DNA of 64,000 nucleotides from Thermoanaerobaculia bacterium (GTDB lineage Bacteria; Acidobacteriota; Thermoanaerobaculia; UBA5066; Gp7-AA6): NCBI GenBank assembly GCA_036271035.1, contig DATBBK010000217.1, positions 3,833 to 67,832 of the forward strand, read 5' to 3'. Shown piece by piece: positions 55,489 to 64,000 of this stretch (position 1 is its first letter; each line of letters starts with the position of its first letter). The notes under the pieces were generated by a model. It saw only the letters and a program-made list of their open reading frames with translations, ran no database searches and was not told where the DNA came from. The position numbers and the translations under genes were made by a program.

Positions 55489-56151
55489 ATGCCGCCGGCG
55501 GCGCACCTCGAAATCATCCTCGGCGTCTCGGGCGGATCGGGCACCGTGCTCGCGCGGCGCTTCTCGGAGATCGCGCTCTCATCCGGCGGGCTGTCGCGGC
55601 TTCATCTCGTCGTCTCCGACGCGGCGCTCCGCGTCGCGCGGACCGAGCTCGACGCCGCGATCGACTCCCCCGCCGCCTTCCTATCGGCGCTCCGGGTGCC
55701 CCGCGCCGCTGCCCGGCGAGTCGTGCTGCACGAGAACGCCGACGTCGGCGCGCCGATCGCATCCGGCTCCTATCCGGCGGCCGGCATGGCGGTCGTGCCG
55801 TGCAGCGGCGGCACGCTCGGCTCGATCGCGCACGGAATCGCGCGCGATCTGCTCCAGCGCGCGGCCGACGTCTGCCTGAAGGAGCGGCGCCCACTCGTCC
55901 TCGCGCTGCGCGAGTCGCCGTACTCCCTCGTGCACATCGAGAACATGCGCCTCGCGACGCTCGCGGGCGCGGTCGTCGCGCCGCCCCTGCCGGCGTTCTA
56001 CATCGACGATCCGACGCCCGAACGATTCCTGGACGCGTGGTGCGTCCGCACCGCGCGGCGGCTCGGCCTCGCCCCGGCCGGCGACGCCTTCGTATGGGGC
56101 GGAGGCGCGCCGCGCGCCGGCTCCGCGCGAACCACCCGGCGACGCCGGTGA
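55489..56151 (+). CDS. ubiX: UbiX family flavin prenyltransferase
   Basis: flavoprotein fold (LGVSGGSG...[17 protein letters not shown]...[14 protein letters not shown]). Confidence 0.8.
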   Translation: MPPAAHLEIILGVSGGSGTVLARRFSEIALSSGGLSRLHLVVSDAALRVARTELDAAIDSPAAFLSALRVPRAAARRVVLHENADVGAPIASGSYPAAGMAVVPCSGGTLGSIAHGIARDLLQRAADVCLKERRPLVLALRESPYSLVHIENMRLATLAGAVVAPPLPAFYIDDPTPERFLDAWCVRTARRLGLAPAGDAFVWGGGAPRAGSARTTRRRR

Positions 56152-57023
56152 GCGCGCCCGCGGGCGTCCTCCGGCCGCTGCGGACGACGCTCGAGATGAT
56201 CAAGTTCTCGCACACGCTGTTCGCGCTGCCGTTTGCGCTGCTCGCGGCGTTCCTCGCGGCGGACGGCTGGCCGCGCGCCGCGACGCTCCTGAAGATCCTG
56301 CTCGCGATGGTCGGCGCGCGCAGCGCCGCGATGGCGCACAACCGGCTCGCCGACCGCCGGCTCGACGCCGCGAACCCGCGCACCGCCTCGCGCGCGCTGC
56401 CGGCCGGCGCGCTCTCCGTCGGATTCGTGCGCGTCTTTTTGGCCGGCTCCGTCGTCCTGTTCCTCGCCGCCGCCGCGAGCCTCAACCGGCTGACGCTCCT
56501 GCTCTCGCCCGTCGCGCTCGCGCTGCTGCTCACGTACTCCTACACGAAGCGCTTCACCTCGCTGTCGCACCTCGTGCTCGGGCTCTGCCTCGGGATCGCT
56601 CCGGTCGGCGCGTGGATCGCGGTCCGCGGCTCGATCGACTGGCTCCCCGTGCTGCTCGGCCTCGCCGTTCTGTTCTGGACGGCCGGTTTCGACGTCATCT
56701 ACGCGCTGCAGGACGAGTCGCACGACCGCGCCGCCGGTCTGCGCTCCATTCCCGCGCGGTTCGGCGCGCGGAACGCGCTGTGGATCTCCGCCGGGTTCCA
56801 CGCGGCGATGGTCATCCTGCTCCTCGCGGTCTGGCGGCTCTCGGGCGGCGGGGCGATCTTCCTGGCGGGCATCGCCGCGACCGTCGCGGCGCTCGTCTAC
56901 CAGCACGCGATCGTCCGGCCGGGCCACCTCTCGCGCGTGGATTCCGCGTTCTTCACGGCGAACGGGTTCGTGTCGGTGACGCTGGCGGTATGCGGGATCG
57001 CGCAGGTTCTGACGAGAGCCTGA
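56148..57023 (+). CDS. ubiA: UbiA family prenyltransferase (4-hydroxybenzoate polyprenyltransferase-like)
   Basis: GTG overlapping the ubiX stop (GTGA); nine TM helices; Asp-rich motifs ([21 protein letters not shown]). Confidence 0.8.
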   Translation: MSAPAGVLRPLRTTLEMIKFSHTLFALPFALLAAFLAADGWPRAATLLKILLAMVGARSAAMAHNRLADRRLDAANPRTASRALPAGALSVGFVRVFLAGSVVLFLAAAASLNRLTLLLSPVALALLLTYSYTKRFTSLSHLVLGLCLGIAPVGAWIAVRGSIDWLPVLLGLAVLFWTAGFDVIYALQDESHDRAAGLRSIPARFGARNALWISAGFHAAMVILLLAVWRLSGGGAIFLAGIAATVAALVYQHAIVRPGHLSRVDSAFFTANGFVSVTLAVCGIAQVLTRA

Positions 57024-57038
57024 ACGAGGGGATATCGC

Positions 57039-57150
57039 GTCATCCTGAGGAGCGTAGAGGTCCTGAGGCGCGAAGCGACGAAGGAAGAATCCCAGGCCTC
57101 CCAGCCGCTCGCTCGTCGAGCCGGGGATCCTTCGCTGCGCTCAGGATGAC
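57039..57150. repeat. palindromic MITE/REP-like repeat copy (left TIR partially duplicated)
   Basis: GTCATCCTGAGGAGCGTAGAGGTCCTGAGGCGCGAAGCGACGAAGGA...GGATCCTTCGCTGCGCTCAGGATGAC; starts 16 nt after the ubiA stop. Confidence 0.7.
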
Positions 57151-57183
57151 GCCGATTGCGTCAAGCCTTAGAATCCCGCACCG

Positions 57184-57846
57184 ATGATCAAATCCGAAGG
57201 CGACGTGAAGCTGAGGCACGTCGCCGTGGACGGCCCGATCGGCGTCGGCAAGACGTCGCTCGTCGAGCTCCTGGCCCGGCACTTCCACGGCACGAAGATT
57301 CTCGAGGATGTCGACAATCCGTTCCTGTCCGATTTCTACAAGAAGAAGAAGGGGTCGGCGTTCCAGACGCAGCTCTTCTTCGTGCTCTCGCGCTATCAGC
57401 AGCAGCAGGAGATCGCGCAGATCGACCTCTTCACGAATCTCGTCGTCGCCGACTACCACTTCCCGAAGGACAAGATCTTCGCGTGCATCAACCTCGACGA
57501 CGCGGAGCTCCTGATCTACGACAAGCTCTACACGCTCCTGTCGGAGTCCGTGCGAAAGCCCGACCTCGTGATCTACCTGCAGGGCTCGCTCGAGACGTGC
57601 CTGAAGCGGATCAAGAAGAAGACGCGGACGCTGGAGAAGGCCGTGACGCCGGAGTACCTGGCTCAGCTCATCGAGGCCTACAACTATTACTTCTACCACT
57701 ACGAGGAGACGCCGCTCCTCGTCGTGGACACCAACGAGATCGACTTCGTCCACCGCAGCGCCGACTTCGACGATCTGGTCGCGCAGATCCAGAAGGCGAA
57801 GAAGGGCGTGCAGTACTACGTGAAGGCGGGGGCGGAGACCAGGTAG
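57184..57846 (+). CDS. deoxynucleoside kinase
   Basis: P-loop GPIGVGKTS; dNK/dCK/dGK family ERS-like and lid motifs. Confidence 0.8.
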   Translation: MIKSEGDVKLRHVAVDGPIGVGKTSLVELLARHFHGTKILEDVDNPFLSDFYKKKKGSAFQTQLFFVLSRYQQQQEIAQIDLFTNLVVADYHFPKDKIFACINLDDAELLIYDKLYTLLSESVRKPDLVIYLQGSLETCLKRIKKKTRTLEKAVTPEYLAQLIEAYNYYFYHYEETPLLVVDTNEIDFVHRSADFDDLVAQIQKAKKGVQYYVKAGAETR

Positions 57847-57883
57847 GCGCTGGAAGCGCGACCGGCGGCCCTCGAATACGCGC

Positions 57884-57977
57884 GTCATCCTGAGCGAAGC
57901 GAAGGATCCGCGACTCGAATCGGCATCCTCGGCTGGACGATCCGGGGATCCTTCGGCGCTTCGCGCCTCAGGATGAC
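57884..57977. repeat. palindromic MITE/REP-like repeat copy
   Basis: GTCATCCTGAGCGAAGCGAAGGATCC-GCGACTCGAATCGG...GGGGATCCTTCGGCGCTTCGCGCCTCAGGATGAC. Confidence 0.7.
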
Positions 57978-58082
57978 GCGCAAGTGAGCGGGCCGCCTCC
58001 CACGCTATAATTCGCCCCTCGCCCTTTTCGGCGGCGATCCCCTGAGAGTTGGGGACGTCGACCGAGAGGCAAGGAGCGAACG

Positions 58083-58928
58083 ATGTCCGACCTGCCGCAG
58101 GGGGAGCCCCTCTCGATCCCCTCGATCGTGGCCGCCAAGGGCCGCGAGAAGCTCTCGATGCTCACCGTCTACGACGCGCCCTCGGCGCGCCTGCTCGACG
58201 AGGCCGGCGTCGAGATCCTCCTCGTCGGCGACTCGGTCGAGATGACCGTCTACGGCGAGCCCAACACGCTTTCCGCGACGATGGACCAGATGGTGCGCCA
58301 CTCTCGCGCGGTCGCGCGGGCGACGAAGCGCGCTGTCGTCGTCGGCGACATGCCGTTCCTCTCCTACCAGACCGATCCCGCGCGCGCGGTCGAGAACGCC
58401 GGCCGTTTCCTCGCCGAGGCGGGCTGCGCCGCGGTGAAGGTCGAGGGCGGACGCCGCATCCTGCCTGCGGTGCAGGCGATCCTCGCCGCGGACATCCCGG
58501 TCATGGGTCACCTCGGGCTGACGCCGCAGTCCCTCCGCAAGCTCGGCGGTTTCAAGGTCCAGGGGCGCGAGGAGGACTCCGCGCGCGAGATCCGCGAGGA
58601 CGCGCAGGCGCTCGCCGAGGCGGGTTGCTTCGCCGTCGTGCTCGAGTGCGTGCCGGAGACGCTCGCCGCGACGATCACCGCAGAGCTGCCGATCCCCACG
58701 CTCGGGATCGGAGCGGGGCCGCACTGCGACGGGCAGGTGCTCGTCTTCCACGACGTGATGGGGCTCGCCGGAGATTTCCGTCCCAAGTTCGTGCGGCGTT
58801 ACGCGGACCTCTCCGCGGTCATCCGCGACGCAGCCGACGCGTTCGTGAAGGACGTCAAGTCGGGCGGCTTCCCGTCGAAGGAGGAGTCGTTCACCGGCGC
58901 GCGGCCGACACTGAGACGGGTGAACTGA
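58083..58928 (+). CDS. panB: 3-methyl-2-oxobutanoate hydroxymethyltransferase
   Basis: PanB-wide similarity (LLVGDS...GDMPFLSYQ...AVKVEGG...GHLGLTPQ). Confidence 0.9.
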   Translation: MSDLPQGEPLSIPSIVAAKGREKLSMLTVYDAPSARLLDEAGVEILLVGDSVEMTVYGEPNTLSATMDQMVRHSRAVARATKRAVVVGDMPFLSYQTDPARAVENAGRFLAEAGCAAVKVEGGRRILPAVQAILAADIPVMGHLGLTPQSLRKLGGFKVQGREEDSAREIREDAQALAEAGCFAVVLECVPETLAATITAELPIPTLGIGAGPHCDGQVLVFHDVMGLAGDFRPKFVRRYADLSAVIRDAADAFVKDVKSGGFPSKEESFTGARPTLRRVN

Positions 58929-58949
58929 CTTCTGCGCGCGAAGCGCATT

Positions 58950-59058
58950 GTCATCCCGAGGAGCGCAGCGACGAGGGATCACGGACTCGTCGCGCCACGG
59001 ATGCCGTCGGCTCGAAGCCTGCCCGTGGCGGGATCCCTCGCTAACGCTCGGGATGACG
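58950..59058. repeat. palindromic MITE/REP-like repeat copy
   Basis: GTCATCCCGAGGAGCGCAGCGACGAGGGATC...GGGATCCCTCGCTAACGCTCGGGATGAC. Confidence 0.7.
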
Positions 59059-59131
59059 GCGAAACAGCTCCGGAGCCCAAAGTGACCAGGCATCCAGACG
59101 GTGCGAGCCGTCCAAAAATAGAATCAGGCCC

Positions 59132-60037
59132 ATGATCACCGTCCGCACCGTGGAATCCCTGCGTCGCGCCGTCGGGGAGGCGCGCGGCGGCGGGCGGCTC
59201 GTCGCGCTCGTGCCGACGATGGGCGCTCTGCACGCGGGTCACCTCTCGCTGATCCGACTCGCGCGTCAGCACGCGCCGTTCGTCGTCGCCTCCGTCTTCG
59301 TCAACCCGCTCCAGTTCGCGCCCAACGAGGACTTCGCGCGCTACCCGCGCCGCGTCGACGAGGATTCGCGCGCGCTCGAGCACGAGCGCACGGACGTGCT
59401 CTACGCGCCCGATCCGGCGTCCTTCTACCCCGAGGACTTCTCGACGCGCGTCGAGATCGCGCGCGTCTCGGAGGGCGGCGAGGGCGCAAAGCGGCCCGGG
59501 CACTTCCAGGGCGTCGCGACCGTCGTCACGAAGCTGTTCCTGCAGACGCTGCCCGACGTCGCCGTCTTCGGCCGCAAGGACCTGCAGCAGGTCGCCGTCG
59601 TGCGGCGGCTCATCCGCGACCTCGACTTCCCGATCCGCCTCGTCGTCGGAGAGACCGTGCGCGAGCCGGACGGACTCGCGATGTCGTCGCGGAACGCGTA
59701 CCTCTCGCCCGACGAGCGCCGGCGCGCGACCGATCTCTCCCGCACGCTGCTCGCGGCGCGCGGACGCGCCCTCCACGGCGAGACCGACCCGCGGCTGATC
59801 GAGGTCGACGCGCTCCGGCAGCTCGAGGCCGCGGGCCTGGCGGTGGACTACGTCGAGGCGGTCGACTCGGAGACGATGGCGCGTGCGGAGCGGATCGCTC
59901 CCGGAGTCGCTCTCGCCGCCGCCGTGCGGCTCGGGAAGACCCGGCTGCTCGACAACGTTTTCCTCCTGGATCCCCTCGCGGCGTCCCGCCCCAGGCCGGA
60001 CGGGGAGGGCGAGTGGGATACGCTGCGGCACCGCTGA
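59132..60037 (+). CDS. panC: pantoate--beta-alanine ligase
   Basis: HIGH-like [13 protein letters not shown] and PanC-wide similarity. Confidence 0.9.
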   Translation: MITVRTVESLRRAVGEARGGGRLVALVPTMGALHAGHLSLIRLARQHAPFVVASVFVNPLQFAPNEDFARYPRRVDEDSRALEHERTDVLYAPDPASFYPEDFSTRVEIARVSEGGEGAKRPGHFQGVATVVTKLFLQTLPDVAVFGRKDLQQVAVVRRLIRDLDFPIRLVVGETVREPDGLAMSSRNAYLSPDERRRATDLSRTLLAARGRALHGETDPRLIEVDALRQLEAAGLAVDYVEAVDSETMARAERIAPGVALAAAVRLGKTRLLDNVFLLDPLAASRPRPDGEGEWDTLRHR

Positions 60038-60056
60038 GCCGCCGCGCCGCCTTTCT

Positions 60057-60145
60057 GTCATCCCTAGGAGCAGAGCGACGAGCGATCCCTTTCGATGGCG
60101 AGCTCTGGATCCGAAAGGGATCCCTCGCTTCGCTCGGGGTGGGGC
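60057..60145. repeat. palindromic MITE/REP-like repeat copy (degenerate right TIR)
   Basis: GTCATCCCTAGGAGCAGAGCGACGAGCGATCCC...GGGATCCCTCGCTTCGCTCGGGGTGGGG. Confidence 0.6.
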
Positions 60146-60170
60146 CCGGAAGCGATATAACCAACTGATC

Positions 60171-60989
60171 ATGGAGACCACCACTCTCGACACACCCGCC
60201 GCCGGAACGTCGACGGCCGACCAGCCGTTCGTCTTCGGCGGCCGGACGTTCACGTCCCGGCTGATCGTCGGCACCGGCAAATACGCCACGTTCCCGCTCA
60301 TGAAGCAGGCGCTGGAGGAGTCCGCCGCCGAGATCGTGACGGTCGCCGTGCGCCGCGTGAACCTGACCGACAAGAGCAAGGAGTCGCTGCTCGACTACAT
60401 CCCGAAGGGCATGACGCTGCTCCCCAACACGGCCGGCTGCTACAACGCGGAGGATGCCGTGCGCGCGGCGCGCCTCGGGCGCGAGGTCGGGCTCTCCGAG
60501 TGGGTGAAGCTCGAGGTTCTCGGCGACCAGGAGACGCTCTGGCCCGACAACGAGGAGCTGCTCGCCGCCACGAAGACGCTCGTCGCGGAGGGATTCGTCG
60601 TGTTTCCGTATACGTCGGACGATCCGATCGTCTGCAAGCGTCTCGAGGACGCGGGCGCGGCCGCGGTCATGCCGCTCGGTGCGCCGATCGGCTCCGGGCT
60701 GGGAATCCAGAACGCGAACAGCCTCTCGATCATCATGGAACGCGCGTCGGTGCCCGTCATCGTCGACGCCGGAGTCGGCACCGCGTCGGACGCGTGTGTC
60801 GCGATGGAGCTCGGCGCGGCAGGCGTGTTGATGAACACGGGCATCGCCGGCGCGAAGGATCCGGTTCGCATGGCGCGCGCGATGCGCGACGCTGTGCGCG
60901 CGGGACGCGATGCGTATCTCGCGGGACGCATCGCGAAGAGGCGCTACGCGACCGCGTCGTCGCCGGTGACGGGCGTCATCGGGACATAG
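60171..60989 (+). CDS. thiG: thiazole synthase
   Basis: ThiG TIM-barrel similarity (LIVGTGKY...NTAGC...PYTSDDP...[11 protein letters not shown]...[11 protein letters not shown]). Confidence 0.85.
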   Translation: METTTLDTPAAGTSTADQPFVFGGRTFTSRLIVGTGKYATFPLMKQALEESAAEIVTVAVRRVNLTDKSKESLLDYIPKGMTLLPNTAGCYNAEDAVRAARLGREVGLSEWVKLEVLGDQETLWPDNEELLAATKTLVAEGFVVFPYTSDDPIVCKRLEDAGAAAVMPLGAPIGSGLGIQNANSLSIIMERASVPVIVDAGVGTASDACVAMELGAAGVLMNTGIAGAKDPVRMARAMRDAVRAGRDAYLAGRIAKRRYATASSPVTGVIGT

Positions 60990-61054
60990 CTCGGCTCGGC
61001 TCGGCTCCACAAGGCGCAAACCGAAACGCGCGCGCCGTCGACACATTAGCGATT

Positions 61055-61070
61055 GCTAATATCTTGTACG
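61055..61070. promoter_or_regulatory. palindrome ATTAGC-gatt-GCTAAT (followed by AT), second copy of the 49569 motif
   Basis: perfect 6-bp arms with 4-nt spacer in the 540-nt relatively AT-rich intergenic region upstream of the zinc-ribbon and cysK-like genes. Confidence 0.3.
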
Positions 61071-61529
61071 ACCGCGCATCCGCCCGACGCACAACCGGAT
61101 CGACGTCGTCTCGCTTGCGCCCGCCTCGCGTCTCCGGCCTCCCCGGTGGCCGATCGCCGCGACCGGTGTAAGTACCTGCCGGCAAAGGGGTATTTCGCGC
61201 AGGCGGCGTGACAGATCTGGTGGGCTTTGCAAAGTCTGCCAAATAGCCCTTGCACGCCGTGGAAATTGCGTGCTACGTTCCGCCAGCTTTAAGAAACGCC
61301 CCGCACACCCCAATCGACTCATTTATGTTTTTCCATCCCCCATCCGTACGTCCTCGCGGGGAGGCGTCCGTCGTAAATTCGAAAGGGGGGCGGTCCTAGA
61401 GAAAGCTTGCGTGCGGCGCAGGGGCGCCGTCTCACCTCGAATACTCAAGAAAGAGATTCAACGTTTTATCGCCACGGCGGATTGCCCGCCGCGGCCCAGG
61501 GGATTAAACCCAGGAGATCTGTTACTTCC

Positions 61530-61829
61530 ATGATGCAGCAATACACGGACAAGAACCTCACGTGCGTCGATTGCGGTGGCACGTTTCTGTTTTCGGCCGA
61601 CGATCAGGAGTTTTACGCCCGCAAGGGCTTCACGAACGAGCCCAAGCGCTGCAAGGTCTGCCGCGACAAGCGCAAGGCCGCGTCGGGCGAGGGACGGGAG
61701 CGCACGTTCTACGACGTGACCTGCGACGGCTGCGGCAAGCAGACGCAGGTTCCCTTCAACCCCACCAACGGCAAGCCGGTCTACTGCCGCGAGTGCTACT
61801 CCGCTCGCCGGTCCCAGCAGGCCTACTGA
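61530..61829 (+). CDS. small zinc-ribbon protein (two CxxC pairs x2)
   Basis: LTCVDCGGTFLFSADDQEFYARKGFTNEPKRCKVCR and CDGCG...CRECY; followed by a strong terminator. Confidence 0.6.
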   Translation: MMQQYTDKNLTCVDCGGTFLFSADDQEFYARKGFTNEPKRCKVCRDKRKAASGEGRERTFYDVTCDGCGKQTQVPFNPTNGKPVYCRECYSARRSQQAY

Positions 61830-61850
61830 GCCGCTTTTTCACGGTCACCA

Positions 61851-61878
61851 AGCCCCGGCATTTGCCGGGGCTTTTTTT
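61851..61878 (+). terminator. rho-independent terminator
   Basis: stem AGCCCCGGC/GCCGGGGCT followed by TTTTTTT. Confidence 0.65.
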
Positions 61879-61884
61879 GTTATC

Positions 61885-62847
61885 TTGAATCGGAGCCCGA
61901 CTTTGGCCGTCAAGTCTTCCCCCTCGGAGATCGCCCGCCCGGCGACCGCCGTTTCCGGCGCGATCGGCGGAACTCCACTCGTCCAGCTGCCGCGCTTCGC
62001 GCGCGGCGCCGCGCGCCTTTTCGCCAAGCTCGAGTGCTTCAACCCGGGCGGCAGCGTCAAGGATCGGATCGCGCGCGGGATGATCGACGACGCGGAAGAG
62101 CGCGGGCTGCTCCAGCCCGGCGGCACGATCGTCGAGGCGACTTCGGGGAACACGGGCGTCGCGCTCGCCGTCATCGCGGCCGCGCGCGGGTATCGATGCA
62201 TCGTCGTGATGCCCGAGGGCTACGGCGCGGTCAAGGCGAAGCTGATGGCCGCCGCCGGCGCCGAGGTCGTGCGGACGCCGGCGGAGGGGATGATGGCCGG
62301 CGCGGTCTCCCGCGCCACGGAGATCGCCGCCTCCACCCCCGGCTCCTTCCTCCCCGACCAGTTCCACAATCCCGTCAACCCGCGAACCCACTTCGAGACC
62401 ACCGGACCCGAGATCGCCGAGCAGATCGGCGGCCGCATCGACGCGTGGGTCGCGGGAGTCGGCACCACGGGGACGTTCGTGGGCGTTGCGCGCTACCTCT
62501 CGACGATCCACCCGGGCATCCTGCGCGTCGCGGTCGAGCCGGAGGGGTCGATCCTGGGCGGCGGCCCCGCCGGACACCACGACGTCGAGGGCATCGGGCT
62601 GTCGCAGATCTGGCCGATCCTCGATCGGAGCCTGATCGACGAGATCGTCACGGTCCCGGACGCCGACGCGTTCGAGACGTGCCGCACTCTCGCGCGCGAC
62701 GAGGGCCTCTTCGCGGGCGGCTCGTCGGGCGCGGCGGCCTTCGCCGCGCTGCAGATCGCGCGGCGGCTCGGACCGGGCAAGACCGTGGTCACGCTGTTCC
62801 CGGACGGCTCGGAGCGGTATCCGGACCAGGGCATCTTCGCGAAGTAG
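61885..62847 (+). CDS. PLP-dependent cysteine synthase family protein (CysK/CBS-like; O-acetylserine or O-phosphoserine sulfhydrylase / cystathionine beta-synthase-like). TTG start as listed, true start may be a few codons downstream
   Basis: PLP lysine motif (NPGGSVKDR), GNTG, and CysK fold throughout. Confidence 0.8.
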   Translation: MNRSPTLAVKSSPSEIARPATAVSGAIGGTPLVQLPRFARGAARLFAKLECFNPGGSVKDRIARGMIDDAEERGLLQPGGTIVEATSGNTGVALAVIAAARGYRCIVVMPEGYGAVKAKLMAAAGAEVVRTPAEGMMAGAVSRATEIAASTPGSFLPDQFHNPVNPRTHFETTGPEIAEQIGGRIDAWVAGVGTTGTFVGVARYLSTIHPGILRVAVEPEGSILGGGPAGHHDVEGIGLSQIWPILDRSLIDEIVTVPDADAFETCRTLARDEGLFAGGSSGAAAFAALQIARRLGPGKTVVTLFPDGSERYPDQGIFAK

Positions 62848-62950
62848 CGGCCCTTACCGCCGCCCGCTGCGACCTCCGCGGGCGGGGGCAAGCCCGGCCC
62901 CCTACGGCCTCCAGGCGCGCGCGATAGTCTTCACCGCTTAGGAGTTTCAC

Positions 62951-64000
62951 GATGGCGACCGAAGTCGAGACCAAGCCTCAGGACACGAAGACGGACGGCG
63001 GCAAGAAGGCGCCCGGCTTCTCCACGCTCTGCATCCACGCCGGCAACGCGCCCGACCCGGCGACGGGCTCGGTGACGTTCCCGATCTACCAGACCTCGAC
63101 CTACGTCCAGGAAGGGCTCGGGAAGCACAAGGGCTTCGAATACGCACGCACGCAGAACCCGACGCGCATGCGGCTCGAGGAGAACCTCGCGGCGCTCGAG
63201 CACGGCGCCGGCGCGCGCGCCTTCGCGTCGGGAATGGCGGCGATCACGGCCATCTCGACGTTTTTGAAGCAGGGCGACCACGTCGTCTGCTCGAACATGA
63301 CCTACGGCGGCACGTACCGCTACTTCACGAAGATCCTCGCGAAGTTCGGCGTCGCGTTCGACTTCGTCGACACCGCCGACTTCGAGGCGGTCCGCCGCGC
63401 GATCCGGCCCGAGACTCGGATGCTCCATCTCGAGTCGCCGACGAATCCGACCATGCGCCTCGCGGACATCGCGAAGCTTTCCGAGCTCGGCCACCGCGTC
63501 GGCGCGATCGTCGTCGTCGACAACACCTTCGCGTCGCCGTACCTGCAGCAGCCGCTCGCGCTCGGCGCGGACATCGTCATGCACTCGACGACGAAGTTCC
63601 TCGGCGGTCACTCCGACTCCATCGGCGGCGCGGCGATCGCGAAGTCGAATGAGCACCTCGAGTGGCTCGGCTTCGTGCAGAACAGCTCCGGCGCGATCCT
63701 CTCGCCGATGGACTCGTGGCTCGTGCTTCGCGGCATCAAGACGCTCGTCGTCCGGATGGAGCGGCACGAGCAGAACGGCCGCGCGGTTGCCGAGCACCTC
63801 GCGCGTCATCCGAAGGTGCGCACCGTGCACTACCCCGGCCTGCCGTCCCACCCGCAGCACGCGCTCGCGAAGACACAGATGCGCGGCTTCGGCGCGATGA
63901 TGTCGTTCGAGCTGGGCTCCTTCGAGAACGCCGGCCGCTTCCTCGAGCGGCTCAAGGTCTGCTCGCTCGGCGAGAGCCTCGGCGGCGTCGAGACGCTCAT
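62951..64000 (+). CDS. Cys/Met-metabolism PLP enzyme (cystathionine gamma-lyase/gamma-synthase family), 3'-truncated by the window edge
   Basis: AGGAG RBS before ATG 62951; conserved motifs (FPIYQTSTY, MSHSTTKFLGGHSD PLP-lysine region). Confidence 0.8.

Overview
High-GC (roughly 70%) bacterial chromosomal segment with about 80 features I can support. Operons are dense and starts are often GTG or TTG. The left ~24 kb looks accessory and the right ~40 kb looks like core genome, so the layout is described in that order.

Accessory part (1..24064):
- A hybrid PAS histidine kinase with a CheY-like response regulator.
- A membrane stress module: a 541-aa protein whose C-terminus is a YqjE / holin-X (Phage_holin_3_6)-like domain, followed by an overlapping DUF3618/YqjD-like gene.
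- A RES-Xre (DUF2384) toxin-antitoxin pair.
- A ~12.7 kb candidate tRNA-Asn-associated island (11384..24064) bounded by a 25-nt imperfect direct repeat of the tRNA 3' end. Its cargo is a DUF5916 outer-membrane protein, a chromate locus (chrB-like, DUF1259, PepSY, chrA), pepE, ornithine cyclodeaminase, a strongly RBS-driven secreted Cys-rich peptide, sulfite dehydrogenase sorAB, and an arsenic locus (arsR-arsI-aqpS-arsC).

Core part (24065..64000):
- Sulfate ABC transporter with cysA fused to tandem USP domains.
- Slt lytic transglycosylase.
- rpsU-mutS2-dnaG-rpoD (the macromolecular synthesis operon with mutS2 inserted).
- tRNA-Met, an RNase H-like gene, yggS-yggT-divIVA, hutI plus an FtcD-like cyclodeaminase, polA, selB, CYTH, pseudopilin plus comEA, ubiX-ubiA, dNK, panBC, thiG, and reverse-transsulfuration genes.

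Non-coding content:
- At least 8 copies of a palindromic MITE/REP-like element (TIR about GTCATCCYGAGCGAAGCGAMGGATCC), each inserted immediately after the stop codon of a + strand gene.
- A ~170-nt structured element in two copies. One sits upstream of tRNA-Met; the other is extended by a 22-nt x4.5 tandem array abutting the hutI start.
- Two copies of an ATTAGC-N4-GCTAAT palindrome, analogous to the TATAGC-N4-GCTATA site at the chrB promoter.
- A consensus sigma70 promoter followed directly by an intrinsic terminator upstream of polA.

Two probable frameshifts were seen, in the YVTN propeller gene and in arsC. No CRISPR array and no integrase gene were found in the window.
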